DNA from: an uncultured Clostridia bacterium
GTDB taxonomy: Bacteria; Bacillota; Clostridia; TANB77; CAG-508
Direction: 5' to 3'
Length of the DNA stretch: 64,000 nt
NCBI GenBank assembly: GCA_944390365.1
Contig: CALXPW010000004.1
Span: forward strand, 23,491-87,490
Shown here: piece by piece, positions 19,275 through 29,454 of the stretch
How positions within the stretch are numbered: the stretch's first letter is position 1
How the letters are laid out: every line of letters begins with the position of its first letter
Position numbers and translations under genes: made by a program
Notes under the pieces: generated by a model
What the model was told of the DNA's origin: nothing
The model's database searches: none
What the model saw: only the letters and a program-made list of their open reading frames with translations

Positions 19275-19421
19275 CTACATATTTATTAAATAATATACTA
19301 GTGTTGCTCCTACTGCAAGTACCATTAGTATTGCAAGTATTGCAGCCATTACTTTGGTTGCAATCTTGCCTATATCTTTTCTATTTTTTTGAGTTTTTTC
19401 TTTTTTATTTGTTTTATCCAT
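19275..19421 (-). CDS. small 48-aa TM protein (hypothetical)
   Basis: My translation: MDKTNKKEKTQKNRKDIGKIATKVMAAILAILMVLAVGATLVYYLINM*. It is below the ORF-track size cutoff and lies between the cyclophilin gene and cdaA. Confidence 0.35.
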   Translation of the reverse strand: MDKTNKKEKTQKNRKDIGKIATKVMAAILAILMVLAVGATLVYYLINM

Positions 19422-19476
19422 TTTTTCTGCCTCTACTTTAATTTATTTAGGTTTTTTTGGCTACACCTATAAACCA

Positions 19477-20457
19477 TTAATAGTTATAAAGTCCTGAGAA
19501 TATTGTCGATACATCAAAAGGTACTATTGTTTCTGGTGCACCGTAGTCTACTCCATAAGTTTCTACTCTTATACTTGTTATAACTGGTTCCTCTTTTGGT
19601 GTATCTGATGCTATTGTTTCTCCATCTTCATCTTTTGGTGCCTCAAAGTCCTCATCAACTTCACTGTCTCTATAATATACTTCCACATTTGCTACTTTTT
19701 CTACTACATCCATGCCTTCTATGACTTTTCCAAATGGTGCATATAATCCGTCTAAATCCGTATTATCTGCTGACATTATGAAGAATTGGCATCCTGCTGA
19801 ATTATATCCTTCTGATGCATATCCATAAGTGCTATAGTCACTTCTTGCCATAGATATAACTCCTCCTTCATGTTTTATATTATTATCATTATCTCCATTT
19901 GCTATGAATTCTCCCACAATGTTATATTCCTTATTTAAAAAGTCTTTGAATTCTGAATTTACACTTGCATTCTCATCATCAGCATGTTGTTTTTCATAGT
20001 TTTTCTTATATTTTTTGAAGTCAGAATAAGATTTTATATCTTTACCATCATCTGTAGTATATTTTCCATCATAAAACTCATTTAATATTTTTTCAAATAA
20101 ATCTTTATTATTTAGCACTTCATCTAAATCATATATGTCACTAAGCATAGGTGATGCTGTAGTATCTCCATCTTTTGCTCCACCTTGTATTACAAAATTT
20201 GGCATTGTTCTATGGAAAGTTGAACCGTCATAAAATTCTCTGTTTGCCAATCTTATAAAATTAGCAACTGTGTTTGGAGCTTTGTCTGGGTATAATTCTA
20301 GTTTAATTGTTCCATAATCTTCTATTTCTATAGTTGCTACTGGATTTGGTATATCCATTGTAAACTTTTTATATACTCCATAACTTGCATAAGCTATGCC
20401 TGCTATAACTAAAATAATTCCTAATATCAATAAAATTCTAACTAATGTTTTATTCAT
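19477..20457 (-). CDS. membrane-anchored cyclophilin-type peptidyl-prolyl isomerase with a large internal insertion
   Basis: YPDKAPNTVANFIRLANREFYDGSTFHRTMPNFVIQGG ... GVISMARSD...AGCQFFIMSADNTDLDGLYAPFGKVIEGMDVVEKV. About 90 extra residues lie between the two halves. Confidence 0.8.
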   Translation of the reverse strand: MNKTLVRILLILGIILVIAGIAYASYGVYKKFTMDIPNPVATIEIEDYGTIKLELYPDKAPNTVANFIRLANREFYDGSTFHRTMPNFVIQGGAKDGDTTASPMLSDIYDLDEVLNNKDLFEKILNEFYDGKYTTDDGKDIKSYSDFKKYKKNYEKQHADDENASVNSEFKDFLNKEYNIVGEFIANGDNDNNIKHEGGVISMARSDYSTYGYASEGYNSAGCQFFIMSADNTDLDGLYAPFGKVIEGMDVVEKVANVEVYYRDSEVDEDFEAPKDEDGETIASDTPKEEPVITSIRVETYGVDYGAPETIVPFDVSTIFSGLYNY

Positions 20458-20472
20458 TTTCTATTCCTCTCT

Positions 20473-21537
20473 TTACATTATTAAATTATCAAATACAAAT
20501 TGTTCTTGCATTCTTTTTAAGGATTGCTTAATTGTCCTTGCTCTAATTTCTCCTATTCCATCAACTTCATCAAGTTGTGGAATATCGGCAGCCAAAATGT
20601 GTTGGAATGATTTAAATGTCTTAACCAAATTTTCGACTATTGTACTTGGCATCCTAGGTATTTTGTTTAATATCCTATAACCTCTAGTATATACACCAAC
20701 TTCATCATAATTGTCAAAGTCTTCATACCCTAAGAGGTTGGCTATTTTATCTGGTTTTATAAGGTTTTCATATACTATATTTTTTAGTTCTGCTAAAATC
20801 TTTTCTGCACTTCTTTTCTTGCCTGGTGCAATATAATCCTTAATAATTAAAAGTTCCTCTTTTTCTAAATCTCCAACAGTTTCATCAAGTTGCATTTCTA
20901 GAAGTCTTCCCTCTTCTCCTAACTCATCTATTGCACGTTCAACTTCCTTAGCAATTTTCATTACTAACTCTGCCCTTTGTACTACTGTAATTACATTTTC
21001 TAGTGTTACAATATCATTAAACTCATATTCATTAAGTATATTTATTTTATTATCAAAAACCTTTTTATACTTTTCTACTATCTGCAAAGCCTGATTAGCC
21101 TTTGAAATAACATCTGCCGAATTTCTTAGCACATATCTTTCATTGCCTCTAAATAGAGTTATTATTCCTCTTCTTTGAGATATACTAATTACCAGCGAAC
21201 CGGTTTGCTTTGCAGTACGTTCTGCTGTTCTATGCCTCGTACCGGTTTCTGTTGTATAAATTTCAGGCGATGGTATTAGTTGAGTATTCGCATATAAAAT
21301 CTTCTTAAAATCAGGACTTAATATAATAGCGCCATCCATCTTAGCAAGTTCATATAACTTAGCTGGGGTAAAATCCACATCCAACTTAAATCCACCATCT
21401 ACTAACTTTAGAACTTCTTCATTGTCAGCAATCGCTATTAGTGCTCCTGTTTTAGCATTTAAAATATTCTCCAATCCATTTCTTATCGGCGTACCAGGTG
21501 CTATTAACTTTAAAACCTCTACAATTCCTTCTGCCAC
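20473..21537 (-). CDS. disA: DNA integrity scanning protein DisA (diadenylate cyclase)
   Basis: 354 aa. LIAPGTPIRNGLENILNAKTGALIAI...MDGAIILSPDFKKILYANTQLIPSPEIYTTETGTRHRTAERTAKQTG, with a C-terminal HhH. It is downstream of radA, as usual. Confidence 0.9.
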   Translation of the reverse strand: MAEGIVEVLKLIAPGTPIRNGLENILNAKTGALIAIADNEEVLKLVDGGFKLDVDFTPAKLYELAKMDGAIILSPDFKKILYANTQLIPSPEIYTTETGTRHRTAERTAKQTGSLVISISQRRGIITLFRGNERYVLRNSADVISKANQALQIVEKYKKVFDNKINILNEYEFNDIVTLENVITVVQRAELVMKIAKEVERAIDELGEEGRLLEMQLDETVGDLEKEELLIIKDYIAPGKKRSAEKILAELKNIVYENLIKPDKIANLLGYEDFDNYDEVGVYTRGYRILNKIPRMPSTIVENLVKTFKSFQHILAADIPQLDEVDGIGEIRARTIKQSLKRMQEQFVFDNLIM

Positions 21538-21554
21538 TCTAGACTTTCACTCCT

Positions 21555-21650
21555 TTTGTCAGGTTTGGGGACAGGTCCTTTTGGGACACTTTTGTCTCAT
21601 TTAGACCTGTCCCTAATGTGACACTCTTGTCATCTTTAGGGACAGGTTTA
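21555..21650. repeat. REP-like cluster (GGGACAGGTC units in both orientations)
   Basis: tttggggacaggtcc..gggacacttttgtctcatttagacctgtccc..gtgacactcttgtcatctttagggacaggttta. The radA stop codon (21648-21650) lies inside the last unit. Confidence 0.8.
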
Positions 21651-23018
21651 CCTTAACTGCAATCCCTTTATTGCCTCATTTATATTTCTGACACCTATTA
21701 TATCTAATTTATAGTTTTCTTTCAAGAGTTTTTTGTTACTTTCTGGTATAATACATTTTTTAAATCCTAACTTTTCTGCTTCTTTTATTCTTTTTTCTAT
21801 CATGTTTACTGCACGAACTTCTCCTGTTAGACCAACTTCACCTATTGCTACTACATCTTGTGGTATGCTAATATTTTTAAAGCTAGATGTACATGCTAAT
21901 ATAATGCCCAAGTCTACAGCAGGCTCTGCCAATTTTATTCCACTTACAACATTTAAGTATATATCTTGTCCACCTAAGTTTATGCCTGCCCTTTTTTCTA
22001 CAACAGCAATTAGAACAGCTAATCTGTTAAAATCTATTCCATTTGCAGTTCTTTTTGGTATTCCAAATACACTTGGTGTAGTTAATGCCTGTAGTTCAAC
22101 CAAAAGTGGTCTTGTTCCCTCCATACTAGCCACAATTACTGATCCAGCAGGATTATCGTTTCGCTCTGAAATAAGAATTGATGATGGATTTGTAATTTCT
22201 ACCATACCTTCATTTTTCATTTCAAACATTCCTACTTCATTAGTTGAGCCAAATCTATTTTTTACACTTCTTAATATCCTATATGAAAAATATCTTTCTC
22301 CCTCTAAGTATAGAACTGTATCTACCATGTGCTCCAATACTCTAGGTCCTGCTATGTTTCCATCCTTTGTAACATGTCCGATTATTATTGTAGTAATTCC
22401 ATTATCTTTACACATTCTCATAATTCTTGAAGTAATTTCTCTAACCTGGCTAACAGTACCTGCTGCTGAAGTAATCTCTTCTGAATACATTGTTTGAATA
22501 GAATCTATAATAACAAGTTTTGGATTTACAGACATTATTGTTTCTTGAATATTATCAATGTTAGTCTCTCCTAAAAAAAGTAAGTCATCATTATTGATGT
22601 TCAGTCTATCAGCTCTAATCTTTACCTGTTCTGCCGATTCCTCTCCAGAAACATATAAAACTTTTCCCTCACCTTTGACCTTATCGCAAAGTTGCAAAAT
22701 TAAAGTAGACTTACCAATTCCAGGCTCTCCTCCTACCAATACAAGTGAACCTTTAACCAAGCCTCCTCCCAAGACTCTATCTAACTCGCCTATACCAGTG
22801 CTTGTCCTAGCCATCTCAATTCCTTCTACCTCTTTTAACTTACGAGGCATACTTTTCTCTTTGCTTGCACTACTCTTTCCACCAGATGTACTTGATGCAT
22901 TTGCTACCTTTTCCTCATAAAAACTATTCCACTCATTACACGCGGGACACTTTCCTAGCCATTTTGCAGATTCGTATCCACAATTACTGCACACAAAAAT
23001 TGTCTTTGCTTTTGCCAT
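21648..23018 (-). CDS. radA: DNA repair protein RadA/Sms
   Basis: Zn-ribbon CSNCGYESAKWLGKCPACNEWNSF, Walker A GGEPGIGKSTL, KNRFG motif, and a Lon-like C-terminus. The ORF track starts at 23036 (GTG). The ATG at 23018 has better spacing from AAGGAGG. Confidence 0.9.
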   Translation of the reverse strand: MAKAKTIFVCSNCGYESAKWLGKCPACNEWNSFYEEKVANASSTSGGKSSASKEKSMPRKLKEVEGIEMARTSTGIGELDRVLGGGLVKGSLVLVGGEPGIGKSTLILQLCDKVKGEGKVLYVSGEESAEQVKIRADRLNINNDDLLFLGETNIDNIQETIMSVNPKLVIIDSIQTMYSEEITSAAGTVSQVREITSRIMRMCKDNGITTIIIGHVTKDGNIAGPRVLEHMVDTVLYLEGERYFSYRILRSVKNRFGSTNEVGMFEMKNEGMVEITNPSSILISERNDNPAGSVIVASMEGTRPLLVELQALTTPSVFGIPKRTANGIDFNRLAVLIAVVEKRAGINLGGQDIYLNVVSGIKLAEPAVDLGIILACTSSFKNISIPQDVVAIGEVGLTGEVRAVNMIEKRIKEAEKLGFKKCIIPESNKKLLKENYKLDIIGVRNINEAIKGLQLR

Positions 23019-23030
23019 CATTTCCTCCTT

Positions 23031-23121
23031 TGGCACTTAAGTGCCTGTCACCGAAGTGCCATTTGGCACTTTTGGGGACAGGTCTATTTGAGACACTCTT
23101 GTCATCTTTAGGGACAGGTCT
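23031..23121 (+). repeat. REP array on the 3' side of the RAYT gene (forward orientation)
   Basis: tggcacttaagtgcc..gtgccatttggcac..ttggggacaggtctatttgagacactcttgtcatctttagggacaggtct. Confidence 0.85.
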
Positions 23122-23122
23122 C

Positions 23123-23935
23123 CTATTTCTTTTTACCATTTTCTATAATTCTTGCAATATTTCTTTTGCTAATTCCTAAAATTCTTGCAATCTGTTCAAT
23201 ATAAATTCCTTTAATTTTTGCAATTTTACATATATATGAATTTCTTATTTCTTTATTAAAACTATTTATTTGTAATACATTCTCTAATCCAAAAACTTTG
23301 CTTATATATTTAGCAGCCTCTTCATCACTTAACTTTTTATCACACCTTAACTCTATTTCAAAATAACTTTTTTCATCAAACTCTTTATTATATTTAATAA
23401 AATTGTCTAATGCCTTTTCTTTATTTTCTCCAAACAAAGAAAGAATGAAGTCTGTATCTGCTATTTTTATCTCACTTTTTCCAACATAATCCATATAACT
23501 ACTCCATTTGTATTCTGGTCCAACACTCATTTTTTCCTTATATGGATTACTATGTATATATTTTATTAAATTTAAAAGATGACTTTCTTCAACAACCTTT
23601 ATACTCTTAAATCTATTTTGAAATAGATGTCCAACTCTTTCGTACTTTTTATTAAAATACATAGCATAAGTAGAACATATCTTATGCATAAAATTTGACA
23701 TTTTTTCTTTTTCATCCTGAATTACAATATGTACATGATTACTCATCATTACATATAACTGCACTTTGATTTCAAATTTTTCCTTTGCTGCTTTTACTAT
23801 CTTTTTATATTTTTCTTTATCACTATCATCAAAGAATAAGTCTTGCTTATTAACACCTCTAATAATAATATGATATGTTTTAGTAATAGTTTTTAAATTT
23901 TCTCGTGCTATACGGGGCATTTTTTCTCCTTTCAT
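23123..23935 (-). CDS. REP-associated tyrosine (Y1, IS200-like HUH) transposase with a C-terminal DnaA-domain-IV-like HTH
   Basis: HUH motif in MMSNHVHIVIQ. Tyr motif YIHSNPY. The N-terminal PRIAR..YHIIIRG is typical of Y1 transposase-like proteins. The C-terminal IYIEQIARILGISKRNIARII is HTH-like. The gene is flanked on both sides by inverted REP arrays. Confidence 0.75.
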   Translation of the reverse strand: MKGEKMPRIARENLKTITKTYHIIIRGVNKQDLFFDDSDKEKYKKIVKAAKEKFEIKVQLYVMMSNHVHIVIQDEKEKMSNFMHKICSTYAMYFNKKYERVGHLFQNRFKSIKVVEESHLLNLIKYIHSNPYKEKMSVGPEYKWSSYMDYVGKSEIKIADTDFILSLFGENKEKALDNFIKYNKEFDEKSYFEIELRCDKKLSDEEAAKYISKVFGLENVLQINSFNKEIRNSYICKIAKIKGIYIEQIARILGISKRNIARIIENGKKK

Positions 23936-24184
23936 TGTTTTTTATTAGTTTATTTTAAATTATTAAAAGCATTTAACCCCTATATCATATTTTTATTTGA
24001 ACATAAGCCACATTAAAAATATAGCACATTTTTTATAAATATGCTATATTTTTCACTAAATATTTACAATTAATTATGTTATCTATACTTTCTAATTGCT
24101 CAACCTGTAACAGATGTATCCAAAATCATACTGTAATTGAGCTATGCTTATAGACAGATTCTTTAATTCGACATATATGTTTCA

Positions 24185-24280
24185 AATAGACCTGTCCCTA
24201 AAGATGTCAAAACTGTCTCAAATAGACCTGTCCCCAAAGATGTCAAGACTGTCTCAAATAGACCTGTCCCCTAAAGTGCC
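24185..24280 (-). repeat. REP array on the 5' side of the RAYT gene (reverse orientation, about 2.5 tandem units of about 38 bp)
   Basis: aaatagacctgtccctaaagatgtcaaaactgtctcaaatagacctgtccccaaagatgtcaagactgtctcaaatagacctgtcccctaaagtgcc. It overlaps the stop of the GH15 gene (24271). Confidence 0.85.
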
Positions 24281-26226
24281 AAAATGAACATTGCGTGTGA
24301 CCAGGCAAGGCCTATTACCCAATTTGGTTGCATTGCGTGGTTATCTATTTGTTCTCCTAAAAATCCATGCTTATTACTGCTGTTTACTATAAAGTCGATG
24401 CATTCTTTTGCTTTTTTATTTTCTCCTATTTCTTTGTAGTACATTGACATCCACAATGTAGAAATTGCCCAAGGGCTATTTCCTCCTCTATAGTGGTCGC
24501 CTTCGAATCTTAGGTATCCTCCTGTGTATGTTCTAAGTCGCATGTTAATTTTTTCTATTGTGTTGATTACTTTCTTTTCGTTTGGTTTATACATTTTAAA
24601 TGGTACTACTGTTCCTAATACGCTTATGTCTGTTACTTCGTCGTTTGTGTTTCTCTTTAATGTTTTTGTGTTTTCATTATACATATTTGCTTTTATGTAT
24701 TTGTCCATTTCTTTTTTATAAAAGTCTATCTTTTTGCTTAATTTATTTATGCTTTCTAGTTTTAATCTATTTTTTTCTTCGTATTCTGGTTTTAATATTT
24801 CATACATTTCTAGAATTGCATTAAATGCTGAATAGATACTTGCAAGTGAATATAAATGTACTCCTTCATGCATTTCCCACAAATCATAGCTTACTGGTAG
24901 CTTGTTTCTGTCTTCTGTGTGATATGTTTTTTCTATTTCATTTTTTACTACATCGCTATCATCATGTAGGCCTAAAATGTTGTCCATGTATTTGCACAAG
25001 AATTTTACTGCATTTTCGCACATTTTTAGCATGTCTTTTAAAAATTTTTTATCTTTAGTAACTTTATAATGTTCATATACTCCATATACTACTCCCGCTG
25101 TTTCGTCTATTTGATATCCCCAACAAGGTGCTAACCTTCCGTCTGTGTAAAATCTTTGCTCCCACATTCCATTTCTACTTTGTGTGTTTTTGCAAAATAC
25201 TTTATAGAACTTTTCTGTTTCCTTATTCATTTTTAATTTGTCAAATGCTCTTGTTATAAATACGGCATCACGTGGCCAGCAATAACCGTATCTACCACAT
25301 TGGGTTAGATTCTCGTCTACTTCTACTGCAGCTGCAACTCCTCCTGTTTCTTTATTTGTTAACAGTGGAAATAGCAATATGCTTCTCTTATATACTTTGT
25401 TAAATTTTTTATTATACTCGCTATTTTCCTCTTTTAATTCTATATTGATATGATCTTTTACATATTTTTTCCAGTATTTTTGTACTGAGCTTTGTTCTGC
25501 TTCTACATCTTGTTTTCTAATATTTTCTATATTCTTCCACATTTCTTCTGCATTAACTTTATCGTTTTCAAGGATGTATAAATATATATCAAGTTCTTTA
25601 GTTTCACCTGGCTTGATAATTCCAAGTTCATAATTTATGCTAGAGTCAGAACTCATTCCTATATAATCCTTATCGTGTATTACACCACTTTCTATGTTAT
25701 TGTCTGTATCGTTTAATTGATGCGCATTTATATTCTTTTTAGAAAACATACACAATGTGTTGTTATGACTATATTGCATTAGCACATTATTTTCTATTTT
25801 TGACCCTACCATATTGTTTGGGTTTGATAATAGTTTTGAGTGTACTAAAAAGTTTACATTCAAATCTATTGTGTTATTATTTTTAAATATATATCTCTTT
25901 ATCAAAACACTATTTTTCATAGATACAAAATCTATTTGCTTAATTTGCAAATTAAAATATGTGTTTTCTATCTCGGTATTTAATATATTTGTGTCTTCTG
26001 TATAATACTGATTATATCTATTGTTTTGGTCTTCGTGTAAGTATATTATACAAGAGTCATTTATTTTGACTCCTGTATGAAAGAAATCTAAAAATTGTTT
26101 AAAATCTGGTGTATTGTACATAAGTCTTAGCATCTCACCATGATATGTAAAGCTTGCAGTTATGTCTTTTCCACCAATTATAGCATCGTTAAAATACTTA
26201 TTTTTCATCTGTTTATCTCTCCTCAA
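24271..26226 (-). CDS. glycoside hydrolase family 15 (glucoamylase/glucodextranase-like)
   Basis: 651 aa. CGRYGYCWPRDAVFITRAF (the GH15 YxxxWxRD motif), LWEMHEGVHLYS, and a C-terminal (alpha/alpha)6-like part. Confidence 0.7.
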   Translation of the reverse strand: MRRDKQMKNKYFNDAIIGGKDITASFTYHGEMLRLMYNTPDFKQFLDFFHTGVKINDSCIIYLHEDQNNRYNQYYTEDTNILNTEIENTYFNLQIKQIDFVSMKNSVLIKRYIFKNNNTIDLNVNFLVHSKLLSNPNNMVGSKIENNVLMQYSHNNTLCMFSKKNINAHQLNDTDNNIESGVIHDKDYIGMSSDSSINYELGIIKPGETKELDIYLYILENDKVNAEEMWKNIENIRKQDVEAEQSSVQKYWKKYVKDHINIELKEENSEYNKKFNKVYKRSILLFPLLTNKETGGVAAAVEVDENLTQCGRYGYCWPRDAVFITRAFDKLKMNKETEKFYKVFCKNTQSRNGMWEQRFYTDGRLAPCWGYQIDETAGVVYGVYEHYKVTKDKKFLKDMLKMCENAVKFLCKYMDNILGLHDDSDVVKNEIEKTYHTEDRNKLPVSYDLWEMHEGVHLYSLASIYSAFNAILEMYEILKPEYEEKNRLKLESINKLSKKIDFYKKEMDKYIKANMYNENTKTLKRNTNDEVTDISVLGTVVPFKMYKPNEKKVINTIEKINMRLRTYTGGYLRFEGDHYRGGNSPWAISTLWMSMYYKEIGENKKAKECIDFIVNSSNKHGFLGEQIDNHAMQPNWVIGLAWSHAMFILAL

Positions 26227-26232
26227 TTTAAG

Positions 26233-27882
26233 TTACTTATTTTCTACTATTTTTACTATTTGTGCTTCTAATTCTTTTAATCTATCTTTTATTTTAATTA
26301 TATCTGCATCTGTATTATCTTTATCTAAATATTCTTCTTTAACGATAGTAGACATATCTTCTAATTCTTCTTTTAAAGTGTTCATTCTTTCTAACACTTC
26401 TAATCTTAAGTATCTTTCCCTTGCTTTGTTTTCTGTCTTGCCTATCATTGCAATTTCATCACCTAATTGGTATGTTTCTCCATAATCTGGAATTGTTATA
26501 GGGATATTTGTGTTTTCCTCTAATTTTTGCTTTAATACTACTTGCCCTTCTGGTTCTCCATGTACTAAGAAGATATGCTTTGGTGGTGTAGTAAATGAGT
26601 AAACAAAATTCATAAGCCATTCTTGGTCAGCATGTCCAGAATATCCTTCAATGTATTCGATTCTAGCATTTACAGCGATTTCTTCTCCAAATATTTTTAC
26701 CTTTTTCTCGCCATCTACCAATTTTCTTCCAAGTGTTCCTGGTGCCTGATACCCTACAAATAGAATTGTGCTATTTGGCTCCCATAAATGATGTTTTAAA
26801 TGATGTTTTATTCTTCCAACCTCGCACATTCCACTTGCAGAAATAATTATTGATGATTCCTCACTTGCGTTAAGTGCTTTTGATTCTTCTGCTGTTCTAG
26901 TAAATTTTAATCCAGGAAAATCTAATGGATTATCTCCTTCATTTATTATTGCTTGTGTTTCCTCATTAAACAAATTCATGTTTTCTTTAAAAACTTCTGT
27001 TGCAGATATTGCGAGAGGGCTATCAACATATACTGGAATGCTCATCAATTTTTTATATTTTTTATAAAACTCTTCATCATGTTTTTTCTCTTTTATTTTG
27101 TTTAACTCAAATAAAATTTCTTGTGTTCTTCCTACTGCAAATGATGGTATAACTACTGTTCCGCCCTTTTCTAAAGTCTCATACACTACATTTAAAAAGA
27201 TTTCTGCTTTGTCATCATTTCTCATGTGAAGTCTGTTTCCATAAGTAGACTCCATTACCAAATAATCTGCATCACTTATCATTGTTGGTGGTGATAAAAG
27301 AGGAATATCGTTATTTCCTAAGTCTCCTGTAAATACAATTTTCTTTGTTTCACCATTTTCTGTAATCCACACCTCAATAATGCTTGATCCTAGCATATGT
27401 CCTGCATCATTAAACCTTGCTTTAATGTTTTCATCTATATCAACTATTTCATTATATTGCACAGGTTTAAATATTTCCAAAGACTTTGCTGCATCCTCTG
27501 CTGTATATATTGGTGGAACTGGGTCTTCTCCTTTTCTTTCTCTTTTCCTGTTTTTCCATTCAGCTTCCATTTCTTGAATGTGACCACTATCTGGAAGCAT
27601 TATTGAGCATAAATCACATGTGGCTTTTGTTGCTATAACGTCTTTTCTATATCCTTCATTATATAATTTTGGAATTCTTCCTGAGTGATCTATATGTGCA
27701 TGTGTAAGTAGCATAAAGTCTATCTCATCCACATTAAATAAAAAAGGTGCTTCGTTTTCATATTCATCAGCTGCAGAGCCTTGGTACATTCCACAATCAA
27801 CTAAAATTTTTTTTCCTGCTCCTTCTACTAAAAAGTTAGAACCTGTTACAGTTTTAGTAGCTCCTAAAAAAGTTACTTTCAT
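26233..27882 (-). CDS. MBL-fold beta-CASP ribonuclease (CPSF/Ysh1-like) with a C-terminal coiled-coil tail
   Basis: MKVTFLGATKTVTGSNFLVEGAGKKILVDCGMYQG...LLTHAHIDHSGRIP (HxHxDH). Beta-CASP motifs: ESTYG, GHADQ. The start was chosen at the ATG after GGAGGAATTTA; the ORF track starts at 27903. Confidence 0.75.
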   Translation of the reverse strand: MKVTFLGATKTVTGSNFLVEGAGKKILVDCGMYQGSAADEYENEAPFLFNVDEIDFMLLTHAHIDHSGRIPKLYNEGYRKDVIATKATCDLCSIMLPDSGHIQEMEAEWKNRKRERKGEDPVPPIYTAEDAAKSLEIFKPVQYNEIVDIDENIKARFNDAGHMLGSSIIEVWITENGETKKIVFTGDLGNNDIPLLSPPTMISDADYLVMESTYGNRLHMRNDDKAEIFLNVVYETLEKGGTVVIPSFAVGRTQEILFELNKIKEKKHDEEFYKKYKKLMSIPVYVDSPLAISATEVFKENMNLFNEETQAIINEGDNPLDFPGLKFTRTAEESKALNASEESSIIISASGMCEVGRIKHHLKHHLWEPNSTILFVGYQAPGTLGRKLVDGEKKVKIFGEEIAVNARIEYIEGYSGHADQEWLMNFVYSFTTPPKHIFLVHGEPEGQVVLKQKLEENTNIPITIPDYGETYQLGDEIAMIGKTENKARERYLRLEVLERMNTLKEELEDMSTIVKEEYLDKDNTDADIIKIKDRLKELEAQIVKIVENK

Positions 27883-27940
27883 TAAATTCCTCCATTCGAG
27901 CAATTATCGCTCTATTTATTTTTAAATATTACTAGTAGTA

Positions 27941-29431
27941 TTAAATAAATAACTTAAATTTCTTTTTTATTTTTACATTATCCACATCTATTTTTATTGT
28001 ACTTTCTATAATAGTATCGTCATAATATTCAACAGTTAAAACCTTATTTTGATATGAACACTGTATGTTTAAATTTTGCAAACTAATCATCTTGGTATCA
28101 AATATTTCTTTTAAAATTGTATATGTTAACGCATTATCCTCTGAAAAATTATCCCAAACCTTAAGTTCTTGTGCTCTTTTTATTATAAGTTTAATAATAT
28201 CTTCAAATTTTTGATTTAGTACTTCAACATCTTTCATATATAGATTGTTATCTATTGGTATATATCTATAATATCTTATTTTATATATCCAACTAATTAG
28301 TTTTTCTTTATGCTCTTCATTTATTTTTAGTATTATACTTTTTACTTGCTCTAAAAATTCAGTAGCTAGTTCTATCAAAGTAGCATCTTTATTAGTTTCT
28401 AAAATATCATTTAAGAACTTTACTTCTTCTTCTAACTTGCTTTTTTGTTCTACAAATTCTTTTGGTAAAATTATTCTATTACATTCATCTATTTTTTGTA
28501 TTAAGTCTGCTCTTTCTTTGTCTAATATTCCTACCAAATAACTTACACTAAATATTTTTTGTTTGTTAGGTAATTTTTCGTTTCTAGCATAGTATTCTTT
28601 TTTTAACAATTCGTTATTATTTAGTATTTTATCAATTCTTTCAATTTCTTTTGTATAATCTTTTTTTTCTTGAGAAATTTGATTTATAAACTCTTTTTTG
28701 TTGTCAAATAATTGCAGTCTTTCTTGTTTTTGTTTTCTTAGTTTTTCAAAATTTTCATTATATTCCAAATCATTTGCTTCGCTTAAATATTTTTTTATAG
28801 CCATTTTAGAAATTATATTAAACAATTTTGTTTGACTTTTACTATTTATGCCCTTTCTATCATTAAGCAATAGCAGTGTTTGATAAATGTAATTATATTC
28901 TATGTCAGTTATTTTATTTCTATCTATATCCCACGACCAACCATTAAAGTCTCGTATTACCTGAGCTTCCGAATCTATTTTTCCAATTTTTAATAGTAAA
29001 AATATTGGTGCTTCCATATATTCATAAGGCATCTCTAACCAGCTTTGTGCCAAATCTAAATTTAATATTGCTGTTAATATTACAAGTTCATTTTGAAAGC
29101 ATACAATTTCTCCATTCTTTCTGTCTACTTTAAATAATAAGTTGTTCTTTTCTAAATTTTCTGCTTCAGGAGTTCCAGCTTTTACTAAAAATATTTTCAA
29201 ACATTTTTCTTTAATTATGTCAAATAGATTTTCTATATATTCTCTTTTAGATGGGACCTCTACCTTTACTTTTTCATAATCTTTGTATGCATTTTCAATT
29301 TTATATAACATACTTAGCAACAGATTTTTCACATCATAGGAAAATAATTTGTTCTCTAAGATTTTTTCTAATTCGTTATTATAATCTTTTATGTCAATGT
29401 TTAATTTTGATAGAATTTTACTTTTCTCCAT
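27941..29431 (-). CDS. hypothetical 496-aa Lys/Glu/Asn-rich protein with a central coiled coil
   Basis: A long ORF with typical codon usage, between ftsK and the RNase gene. I recognise no motif. Confidence 0.6.
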   Translation of the reverse strand: MEKSKILSKLNIDIKDYNNELEKILENKLFSYDVKNLLLSMLYKIENAYKDYEKVKVEVPSKREYIENLFDIIKEKCLKIFLVKAGTPEAENLEKNNLLFKVDRKNGEIVCFQNELVILTAILNLDLAQSWLEMPYEYMEAPIFLLLKIGKIDSEAQVIRDFNGWSWDIDRNKITDIEYNYIYQTLLLLNDRKGINSKSQTKLFNIISKMAIKKYLSEANDLEYNENFEKLRKQKQERLQLFDNKKEFINQISQEKKDYTKEIERIDKILNNNELLKKEYYARNEKLPNKQKIFSVSYLVGILDKERADLIQKIDECNRIILPKEFVEQKSKLEEEVKFLNDILETNKDATLIELATEFLEQVKSIILKINEEHKEKLISWIYKIRYYRYIPIDNNLYMKDVEVLNQKFEDIIKLIIKRAQELKVWDNFSEDNALTYTILKEIFDTKMISLQNLNIQCSYQNKVLTVEYYDDTIIESTIKIDVDNVKIKKKFKLFI

Positions 29432-29454
29432 AAAATTATATTTCCTTCCTACTG

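Noticed and set aside
24185-24280. The tandem ~38-bp units (also at 23031-23121 and 56404-56500) looked superficially like a small CRISPR array.
   Set aside because: The whole unit, including the would-be spacer part, is conserved between units and between loci. There are no unique spacers and no cas genes are visible. The arrays flank a Y1 transposase in inverted orientation, so a REP/BIME interpretation fits better.
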